A stretch of 64,000 nt of DNA from Thalia democratica. Its lineage: Eukaryota. Location: the NCBI GenBank assembly GCA_965202585.1, contig OZ241830.1, forward strand, positions 44,392,001-44,456,000, written 5' to 3'. Made by a program: the position numbers and the translations under genes. A model generated the notes under the pieces. The model searched no databases, had not been told where the DNA came from, and saw only the letters and a program-made list of their open reading frames with translations. Shown piece after piece: positions 14,001 through 26,000 of the stretch; positions within the stretch are counted from its first letter, which is position 1, and the number at the start of each line of letters is the position of its first letter.

Positions 14001-17000
14001 AAAAAAAAAGTTATTTAATAGCAGCATACGACTAACCACATAAAAGTGCCATTTTAAAGTATAAATTACAAACTATCTTTTTTTAGAATGATAGCATTTT
14101 TGAATGCTCTAGTTGTGTTACAAGTTTTATAATTAGAAAATGTTTAGTAGGGATTAATATTTTTTCAAAGGTTTTATTTATTTGTAAAACTTTTATACTT
14201 ATGACGACTATAATATATATCAACTAAAAATTTTATTTTTTAAACTGTTGCCCTCAATAGTTTTTTTTTATAAAGAACAATTTTTATATATTCAAAACAT
14301 GTATGTATATACATATAATTTAAGTTAAGGGCTTTTTTTTACAAACATTAACATTAGTTCTTATATGATTATAAAAAGTATAAACAATAACTTAGTTTTT
14401 ATGGAATATAAATGTTTTGACTGACTTTTGAGATATAGTAATTTTGGAAAAAGCTTCTTATACAAAAGAATAGAGTAAATTTTTTTCATTATTACTTTCT
14501 TCAAAATTTATACTTTCACTAAAACTAGATTTACTTGTTCAGAAAGATAAATTAAAACATTTAAAAAGAAAGTAATTAAGTCAATAACACGAAAAAAACT
14601 TATATTTTTAATACAAAAAAAAACTCTTAAAGTGAAATATTTTAATGTTAGAAACGGAATAACTTTAATGTTTTGAAGAAGATAAAAAAATTAAGCAGAT
14701 GGTTTTGTTTAAGTGTTTTTTTTTGGTTTGTGTCTTCCTTATGGAACGTATTAATCTAATCGATTTTTTTCGCTTATATTTAAAAACTTACTTTGAATGT
14801 TTTTAAGTAGTAAGAAGTTTCTTATAGCTAAGATAAACTACTACAGTATAAGATTCACTTGTAAAATAATAAGGTCAACCTCTCCTTAATCCTTGACACA
14901 TTATTAACTAGCCATTTTACCATCCAGCATCTTTACTTACATATTTTTTTTAATATGTTTTTCATATTGCTTCAGTTTTTTAGGTTTTAGAAAGAGATGA
15001 GGACAAGACTGTGGCGTTGTTGCACCAGGGCAAGTCGTTTGGACAAGTGCACATGGTCTACAATCTACCCAGGACATACTCTGTCAGGTGCAAGGCAAAT
15101 TGTACCGTGTTTGTTATTAACAAGGACGATTTCCATGATCTGCTCAGCGACTATCCAAAAGGTCATGGTTTAGAAAAATAGAAATTCATAGTCATATTAA
15201 AATAAATTAAAATACTTTATCTATATCCAAGTTTTTGTGTATAGTGTATTTTTATATTTGTAGTTTTAAATTATTGGAATTTCCCGAATATTAATTTTTG
15301 GAGTTTTTGAATTTTAATTACAATTTTCTTAAAATTGATGATTTTAAACCGCTATTTAAACAGATGCTGAAACTTTTATGGAAACTGCCAATTTAAAATG
15401 TTTTGGCGAGAGTGCTAAATGGCCGCTCAAACCTATAGAAACCAAACATTTGAGCACTGCACTCAAGTTAGTATATATTAAGCTATGAGAAAACTAGTTA
15501 TTATTAAATAATTTATATATAAATTTTAAGAAAAAAATTAATTTTACTTAAAATAGAAATAAAAGCTGTTTTTATAATTTGCTATAAAAGTCACTGTCTT
15601 TTACTTTAATTGTTTGCTTAGTTTAAACAATTCCAGTTTGTTGCACTCGATATATAAAAAAATTGTTTGATTTATTTCTTTAATTTGTATTAATTAGTAG
15701 TTTTTTAAAAATTAGCTTAAGTTATGTATCATAAATGCTATGTAATTCAAGTTGTTTTTACCACTAGTTAATTTAATGTTGCTTATTTTTTTATTTCTCT
15801 TCACTTACTTTACTTAGTCACTTTCTTAAAAAACATTGCAATAAATGGTAATATTTAAATAGTTAGTTTTCCAAATAATTATCTAGTATGAAAACTTAAT
15901 AGGTTTTCTTCATTTACAAATTAGTTTTTACATTGAAAAAAAAAAGAAAACAAATTAATTATGTTTGCATAAATTTAAGTTTAATTTTATATATTTACTT
16001 AATTTAAAATTATCTAAAAATATTAGTTATAAAAAAAAGTAATTAATTAATAAAAGTTAAAAAAGAAGTATGACTTAAAGTATTTTAAAAATAAATCTTT
16101 GTACTTAAGTGTTAAAAAGTATTAAAACTAAGTTAGAAATATGTTTCATTTATTTTGTTCTTATCTTGATACAGTTTTCAATCTAGTTTTTATATCCTAT
16201 ATTTAAAAGTATGTAGAACATGATAAAATATTCGTAGCAATACATTCCCTTTTAGACTTAATTTGAACGTATTTTCACATATAAGCGTGTGAAAATATTA
16301 CCTTTGTTGTAGAACAATTTTATAATCTATTGACTTTAATTCTAATTATAAACAAATTGAAAAAGGGAATTAAGGGTATAAACTACAAAAACATTTGAGT
16401 TTAATTAATACATATTTACAGTTACAACTAAAGTATAACATTTTAAGTGAATACTTTCAGTTTTTTGATTTATTTTCGTTAAATATTTTATCCCTTTTGA
16501 AAACAAGTGAAATATAATAAATAAAAATGTAAATTTTTTTTTTGGTTTTAAATACATTTAAAAAACAGTTTTTATTCGAAAAGCTTCTTGTTTTTCACAT
16601 TTTAAACATAAGCTATTCTAAACTTGTAAGACGGTTTACTAAATTATTTTTTTAGAAATTAAACTGTATTTAATTCACTATATTTTTATACTTTAAAGAT
16701 AAAACAAGTTTAGTTTTTAAAAAAGCTGTTGTTTATATAATTTTTTTCCTGCAAAAACTTGAGCTCGTTTAAACTTTAATTCGAGTAAATTCTCGCTCGA
16801 TGCGCCAATAAAAATGTTTATTTGTTTGTGACAAAAGTAAATATATATTTTCAAGGTGTTTATTGTGATATTTATACACAAATTAAACTTGTGAGATGAG
16901 AAGTTTTATTGTTTAGACAGAAAACAGTCAAACAAATTGAACAAGTCTTGATGTATCGATAATTAGAATTTATGTAAACTCTTAAAAGTTTTACAAAATA

Positions 17001-20000
17001 ATTTTGTTTAGTTATTTATTTACAACTTATCATGAAAAAAAGTTATATTAAAAACTTAAACAATCTATAAATTTTTCTTAGTATTTTTTAAAATGTATTG
17101 TAAAACGAACTTAGAAGTGACAAAGGCGATAGAAATGAATTTGTGTATTAAAAAAATATTTTAAACAAATGTTAGACAGACAACAAATAAAAAAAAACTT
17201 TCAAGTTATGTTTTTGTTAGATTGGTGTGTACATTTAAAAAACATAACATTTTAATTTAAAAAACTCTATGACGTCACAACAGCAACATAGACCAGAAGA
17301 GAAGGAGGTCGTCCATAATACCAAGCGGGCCGAACTCGCAGAGATCCGAGGTGCGAGAACAGATAAAGAACATCACCAGCCAGCGGAAGAAGCCGCAGAA
17401 GAGCAAGGCGAAGAACCTGCAGGCGAGCATCTCCCGAATATTCAAGTCAGAAGATGAGACGAAGCAAGAAGACTTGGGCGAAGCGGCGGAGAAAATCGTC
17501 ATTCCTGGCAATTTTCAGGAGAATCAGGAAGATCCGGAGGCTTCTCAATTTAGAAGGTTGATATGTTTTTATGTTGGTTTATTTTAAGTAGTTTAGTTTT
17601 TATTATTGTGATTTTACTTTTGTAAGCTTTTAACTTTTTGTTTTTATTTCAATTAATGACAAAGTTGGACGTGTAGATTAATTCGGACTAAAAGTAAAGA
17701 ATTCCGATTGATTGGAGTTAATTTTAAGCAAAGTTTTAAACTTTCCAAAAAAATAATTATTTGAAATTTTATTATGATTTAAAGTTAACGATCAAAAATT
17801 TTCCTTAATAGTATTTAAAATTATGAAATAATGTTTACAGTAAATTCTTTATAATAGTTTTTTCTTATAGGGAAGATAAATTGTATCAAAAATAAAACTT
17901 GAATTTTAATTTTTGTTTCACTTGAACTTTTGAAATTGAAAGAAACTGAGTATAAAAATGTTTTAATTATTAATTATGCTTGTAGGTTGCAAACAATTTC
18001 TACAAATAACTATGGCGGAGCAAACTTGATAAGAATCGATATAAATAAACAGCTGCCTCGTTAGTATAACTTTGAAATGTCTAATTAGATACTATTATAA
18101 AATTTACATTCTTTGACAGCTAATATATTAACCTTTTTATTTCTTTCTGAGATTAATATTTTTATTTTTCTAAATTATTTTTAAATTTTAAAAGTTTGTT
18201 TAAGTTAAAAGTTGTTGTTAAAATTTAGTTGAAACAATTAATATATTAAAGAAACTTAAAGCTTTTAAAGAAATGTTTTAAAGATTGTTTTGATGAAAGC
18301 AGAAAAATTTTAATTTAAATAAATGCCAAAGTATTTCCGTAAAAACTTAAGAAAAACATGAAAACCTCACTTATTGGTAATGAAAAGTAATTATATAACC
18401 TACTTAAGTTTTATTGTTTTTTACTTTGAAAAAGATACATTATAGTAGTTATTTTTCACTTGTCAAAATAGGAAATTAGTTGTTGAATTTTTATAAATCC
18501 CTTGACAAGCTAAATAGGCGACTTATCGTGTTTTTATGACGCATTTTTGTAAAGCTTTGTTGTGCAATTACAAAATTAAAAAAAGTATTGAAAACGTGAC
18601 AGAGTTTGTTTGTGATTATTAAGTTAAGTATGATTTATGTTTCCTTATAATTATTACAATTACATTTTAATAGTATACTATAAAAGCAACTCATTTGTTT
18701 TGTATAAATAAAGTAAGTATGTTTATTTTCTTTGCATTTAATGTTATAAAGTTTAAATAACAACTAATTAAAATTTATATATTAATTTTTTTTGCCCTTA
18801 CTAAACTTTGTTTTATTTTTTGACATATTTTGAAATACTTATACCATTAATTCAACTATCTAATTTAAACTCAATGCGGAATTTTATTTGATTTTTTTTT
18901 TCTTTTTTATAGCAAAAATTTTTAAACACCTTGATGTTTGTAATCTAATTTATTAAACTTTTTTTTTACATTAACATAAGTTTTAAAAACACGGTAAAGT
19001 TTTAGAGTATGTATAATCATTCTAATTTATTGTTCCTAGAAAGTTTCAGAGTTGTTTAGTTCCAAGTAAGCTTTTAATTAGCTTAATAGGTATTAAGTGT
19101 TAATTTTTTCAACTTGTTGTCCATGAAATAATTCACTAAGCTAGTTTGTACTAGGTTTTTCTGCATTCGTAGTAATTAATTTGTAAATATAAGCAATTTA
19201 TAACAATCAGAAAAGTCGAATTCGGCAAATTCTTACTTGAACCTGCTTTCGGATAAAAAGGAAGAGGTGAAAAATAAAGGCATAATATCTAACTTGCGTA
19301 ACCAAACTTATTACACGACAAAAAGAACTTCTGTTATGATTGACGAACACATTGAGGTTTTTAACAAGCTCCAAACAGATCAGGTTTGTTTGTAGTGCTA
19401 TAAGGAGTTTAAAAATGTAGGCTGTTTTATTAGCCATTTTAATATTTTTCCATATTCAAAAGTCTATCTATATCATAAGTCAAACAGTTTTGTAAAAGAA
19501 ATTCCCTAAAAAATTACTAATTCTTTTAAACTTATGCATCTTAAAAAATATTTTTTTGTATTAAGAAAAAGTAGCTCTATAAAATTTTACGACTTTAAGC
19601 TATATTAAACTTAGAAGGTAAAATAAGTTAATATCAGCATTGTCTTTAAATTGTTAGTTTATTAGCAGTAAAGTAGCTGTCTAGTATTTAATTTATCACT
19701 GAAGAAATAGTTTATGAATTACATTAATATATTTTTGAAATTAAAAATTAGTTATTATAAATGCAAAGTGTTATAAAAAGTTTGCACATAATAGAATAGT
19801 TACTCATTTAATTTTTTTCTGGACAATAGTTTTCTAAATGTAGAATTATTTTATCTAAAATATAAAAATAAAATGTTTGTTCATTGTTATAGACGAGAGA
19901 AAATGTATGAGTAGCAATAATAAACAAAAAAACATTATACCTTAGTTGTAATTTTGTAAATGTTATGTGCAGTCCTTTACTTCTATATGACCAAGTGTGC

Positions 20001-23000
20001 GCAATTTAAAAAGTTCAACAACTTAATTATTTTAAATGATTTTTAATTTTAATTGGTTCATTATTTTAACCCTGTAATAAATGCTTAAATGCTACTTTAA
20101 ATTACTCTCTTTTTAGTCTGTAAATCAGAGTTTCCCAAACTAGTTTATTAACTCGCCAAAGCTTCGGGTTTAAAATTTCCTCCTAACGGAGTTACTTTAG
20201 GTGAAATATTTCAAATGCTTTCATCTTATAGAGTTGTTTTATTAAGACTTTATAGCTGTATTACATTTAAATCTTAAGTTTTAACACAGAGGCCAATGTA
20301 AAAAAGTTTTAAGTTTTTGAAAACAATTATTTTTTCCACTTTAAGTAGTTATCAGGACTTTTCTATTTTTGATGTAGATGAGAGTTGATACAGCACTACT
20401 AATTTTGAACCCAACCAACTACTTTAAACAACCTAAAATTACAAAACTTATACTTTGTTTTGAATGTTGATAACGTATTACTGAATATTTGGTTCAACTT
20501 CTACAAATTAAAAAATAACTGTTTGCTTTGAATATGCAGCTTAGGCTAGTTTTTTCAGCTAAAGCACGAGCTAATTTTTGAAATGAATTAAGAAACTTAA
20601 AAATACTAATTTTGCAAGTTTTTTAATTTTTAATTCAGTGAAATTATAGAACCTTATGCTTAAAATTTTTGATAAAACTAAGGCAAAGAAATAATTGCGA
20701 ACTGATCAATGAAAATCGCTAAAGGAGTAACTGTTTAAAAATATAGGTTAAATCGTTTGCTAACAAAAGATCCTAGTAAAGTAACTTCACTGGAATATAA
20801 ATAAAAATAAATTGTACAGTAATCTTCCTTTATTCTACCAACATATGTTTCTGTGTGTTAACGAATCAACACACTTCAACTACGTTCTTTAAAAAAATAA
20901 TTACTGTAATGAAAGAATTGAAGCATAGAATAAAGTAAGTGTATACATGTATACATGTTTTGTGAAAACATGTTTACACCTACTTTATTCTATGCTTCTA
21001 TTCTTTCATTACAGTCATTTTTTTACAGAACCCAATTAAAGAAGGGGTATCACTTTTAAAAACCCTGTTAAACTCATTAGTAACTTTTTGTATTTAGTAA
21101 TGAATTGGTTTGCTTAGTATATGTATTTTAAATAATTTATTAATGAAATAGTAAATATCACTTAATCTATAAATAAAGAAAAAAGTATGTGCAGCATCTT
21201 AAAGTTCAATATTTTATTTATAGTGTTGATGTTTTGAACGTTTGACTGCCTATTAATACTTTTTATTCGTTTAATTTCCAGCCCAATTCCTTTAAAAAGC
21301 TGTAATTTATTTGAATCGTGATGTTTATGTTACTAAAGAAAGTTTACTTAAAAGTATTAATAACTGTAGTTGTACTTTGTTTTAAATTTTCTAAGTTTAT
21401 AATATTTCGATGATAATAGTTTAATATAGTGATTTTATTTAATTTTCGAATTACAAGTTGCATATATGACTTTCACCAATATCTAACTAATCTATTTTTA
21501 AACAAATAAGTTGTAGTTTTATTTGAAGCATTTATAAGTTTATAAAATTTATATAATTTTTTTGTTGCTGTTTTTGAAATAGGTTTATTACTTATACCTT
21601 ATAAAGAATAGTTTTTGCAATATTTTTATTATACTAGTGTTTTTTTATTTAACTATTTTTAGTTCAGTTATACAATAATTTCATTATTTATAGTTACGAT
21701 ATAGCATGATTAGATGCACTATCCATTACATTGTAATATACATTTATATATAAAATTGTTATTTAAATAAAATTTGTATAAGATTGTTATGTTTATATAC
21801 TACCAAACTTGTGCACTAATAAGTGGGGACGTAGCTCAGGGGTAGAGCGATCGCTTCGCATGCGATAGGCCCCGGGTTCAATTCCCGGCGTCTCCACATT
21901 TTGTTAAGTGTAAAAGTTTATCGAAAAAACAATAAAATTATCAATTTTTTAATCTTAAACGTCAAAACAAACAAATCTGAAATTTTTTAAATTAAAAAGA
22001 TTATTTGTGTTTAATTTTTTTGCAAAAATAAAGTCAAAATAAAATTTAAAAAAGTATAAACTTATTTAAACTGATTTATTAATTATAATTTTATGCAACG
22101 AATAAGTGGGGACGTAGCTCAGGGGTAGAGCGATCGCTTCGCATGCGATAGGCCCCGGGTTCAATTCCCGGCGTCTCCACATTTTGTTTTATTTAAAGGA
22201 AAAAGTGTATCGAAAAAACATTAAAATTATTAATTTTTAAATTTTAAACGTCAAAAAAAAACAAATCTTAAAGTTTTTAAACTGAAAAGATTGTTTGTGT
22301 TTAATTTTTTGCAAAAAAAAGTCAAAGTATAATTAAAAAAAGTATATATTTATTAAAATTCATGTTATTTATTACAATTTATAGAGTTTACTGCTGATTT
22401 TTTAACGTATACAGTTATAAAGAACAGTTTATTTTAATCTCCACATGATTACACTTAAAATCTCTACTTGAAAAATGCTTAAATTTGTTTGAGGTTTTCA
22501 TAAAAAATAACTTGATATCAAGTTTTAAAATAAAATATCTAAAAACATTATTGAGTTTTGTTTCATAAGTTGGGTCTTTATATATTTGTTTTTTACTTAA
22601 AGCATGTAAAAATCTTAAATAACTTTAAGTTTTATTGCTAGATTATCTTAAACTAATAAAGTGATTCAGTTTTATTTTGTTAAATGTAATTAAAATAATC
22701 GTGTTATAAGACAAAAAATAGATTAGTACTAATAAACATTTTAAAGTATTTAATAAATAATCAAGTTTACGTTCTGATAACTTCGCTTTTTTATTTAAAT
22801 CATTTAATAATATTAAGAATTATTTGTTTTACAAATTACGAAAACTTTATTTATATTTAATCCATATGTTTAAATCAAATGTTTTTTTATTATACCAAAA
22901 ATATAAACAAAATGATTGTTTTTTATACTTAAAACTGAATGTTATGTTGTGAAAAAATCCAACCTTTATATAAACTTGTTTTGAATTTTTAAATATCCAT

Positions 23001-26000
23001 ATCCAATAAATCATCAAGTTCTATGTAAAATTACTTATAGAGATAAGTAAGTTTGAATAAAAATTTCACTATTTTTTAATTATGGTGAAGATATTTAAAT
23101 AGGTTTTTAGTATGGTAAAGATACAAAAGTGAGAACTTTGACGTTTTAATTGGCAAGAAAGAAATATTAAAACGAATGTTTTATCATAGTATTAGTGTAG
23201 CTGAAATGATACCAAATATTATCACGTTTTTTGCATATCCAAACTTCCTGTAGTTTCATTTAGGCCATCAATATTTACTTTATTTACGCCTAGATTAAGT
23301 TTAAATGTCTTTGACTTATATATTTTTCAAACATAGCGTAATATTTTATTTTTGGAATTTTACCTTCTTAAACTTTACATAGCTTCATTAATAATTACCA
23401 CATGCTTTATTCACGTAAATAGGAATGCAATAACTTTCCATAAGTCTTGAAGAATAATTATGTATTTATCTATTATTTTTCTAAATCTTGTTACCGACAA
23501 AGCCATACCTACTCTTAAACATACTTTAAGTTGAAAAACAAGACACTCTATTTTGATTCTTTGCCGTCTCACGACGCAAATTTCAGTTACTTTCTCGAAG
23601 TACCATTAAATGTAAACCACCACAAATTTTTTTTATTAAATATGTAGCTTTTGTGACGAAAAGGTTTTTTTTTCAGGCTAAAATAAGCAACAGCTTCTAC
23701 AAGCAGTTTTTAATAGTGACGGCTGTCGATCCGGACGGAATGTTCCTGGTGGTTTGGAAGCACATCATGGCTATTGTTTCAACCATCGCCCTTTTCCAAA
23801 CAACTTTCATGGCTTTTTTCATGAGTAGCCCCGCGCCAGGTAACATGTTTGAATTGTTTTATCAAATTTTGTCTTTTTGGTTATGCTTAATGATTAACCA
23901 TAAGCTATCTATTTAAAAATATTTTAGTCCAGTTTTCAGTCCAGTTTTTGTATAATAAATATAACTTATCCTGTCAATCATTATACGCTTAAAGACTTAA
24001 TATTTTTTTTTTGTTTTTTGGTAGTATTAGAAAAATAAAAGTTAGATAGAAATACTTGTTTATAGATTAATTTTTTTTTTTTTTTTCATGTTTCTTACAT
24101 AAACAAACATCAATGTGTTTTTTGTTCTGTTTCAATTTTAGCCTTTGTATAAGTTTGTTTGGAAAATTTTTAATAATGGCTTAATTTTTAAGCTATTTAT
24201 TGTAGAAAAAAGAAGTTCAATAAAAACTTTTTGTACATACTTTAAAGCAATATGCTTCATTTAATAGGAATTTATAAATAAACCTAATTTTTCAAGGCAA
24301 AACTTTGGAAGATAGTGAAGTAAGAACGACAAATTTGTACGAGTTTGCAAGAGACACGACTTGCAACAAAACTACAGTTGATTATTACGAAATGAATTGT
24401 CCACGCGATAGATTGGCAAATTTTGATGATTACGCATCTTGCCTCATGTCCCTTTCAAAACACATGTCTGAACTGTTGGTTAGAAATGAAGCTGGAAACT
24501 ACAGGTATTTTATTTCATTTTAGATTTATTATAGTTTAGCATGACTAGAAGGTTTGTGTTTTATTTGATCCATTAAATTATTATTTATTTCCTGTTTACA
24601 ACCCTAAAACGTAGTTTTTTGTTATTTGACAAATGTTTATAGACACTTAATTTTAAATAAAGTATTTGTATTTTTAATCAGTCGGTGTTTTAACAGTTTG
24701 CAAATTCCAACTAATTACGACTTATCTATTGCTGGATTGACAGTTGAAACTACCAAAGGAATATTGAACACAATTTTGGCAGTTGTTATTGATTTCATTT
24801 TGTTTCTGAATATTTTTGTCCATCTTCGTATTTCTATTGTCACACCTATTAGTAAGCAAAAATTAGTTACAAGCTTAATTGGTTTATTACAAATATTAAT
24901 TCTACTATTCTTTATATGGTATTGTTTAAAATAGTATGGTAAGCAGTTTAATTCTTAGTTTACACATAGTTTTTTTTCTTACAAAGAAAATTAATACGAA
25001 AAACATTATTAAGAATTTAAGTTTTAGGAATTATTTTTAAATTTTAGTTTGAATCTTACAAATATTCACTGCAGAAACATATATTGGATTTGGTTCAATT
25101 TTCAAAGTTTACTTTGCAACCGGTGGAGGTTTCTGGCGCGATATAGCGGCTGTTTTTCCTTTTGAAATATTTGCTCCACAGGTTTTTTTTTTGAAACTGG
25201 TATCAACTTAAATATATTATTTTTAACTTATTTTAAAGCAGAGTTTAATATTTAAATTACATTAAGTTTTTTATTTTGTTAATGCGAACGACGCTTCCAA
25301 TTTATAATTTATAAAACAATTTGATAAAGTATGAAAAGCATATAAATATAGGGTTGCCAAAAACCTTGAATCCTAGAAAAACCTGGAATTATACAATTCA
25401 GGCAAAAAAATTCTGGAATTTTGAAAAAAAATCACTAAAAAACTGGAAAATCCTAAATTTTAAACATTTTTTTTCATAAAAAATGACGAAAGTTTGATTA
25501 GGTATAAAAAATCTATCATACACAAAACATTTTTTTTATCATTTAAAATGTTGTTTATTTTAAACAGCTTTTAAAGTAGCATTACAGTATCTTTTCAATT
25601 ATTTTAAACTGTTTTTGACAATTTTTGACCTTAAAATTAATTTTATACTAAAAATGGACAAAAAAACTTGTACATTCAAAAACCTGGAAAAAATTAAAAA
25701 AACCTTGACAAATTTACCAAAAACCTTTGGCAACCATGTTATATTTATGATTAGAAAACACATAAACAAACTTTATTCATAATATGAGCTACTCGTTAAA
25801 TTCATTATATCTTTTGGACTATGTCGACGGCTTTATTAATTTAGCTAAAAAAACTTCAATGGTTTTATTAAGCTGAGTACTTTAAAATAGTTGTTATTAT
25901 ATTCTAACAAAAAAATTTTTTTCAGATTTTTATTTGAAAATATCATCAATAACTAATATTCTAAACATTTTTTTACTTATTTATGTTTCTATTTAAATTA

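Noticed and set aside
17269-17511. ORFs 17269-17457(+) and 17275-17511(-); also 19207-19437(-), 29095-29292(-), 50470-50670(-), 4592-4795 and 4868-5179
   Set aside because: Alternative-frame or antisense shadows of CNGK exons
19040-19066. Micro-exon ending in GTAAGC
   Set aside because: Its inclusion breaks the phase between exons 11 and 12, and the gene model is complete without it
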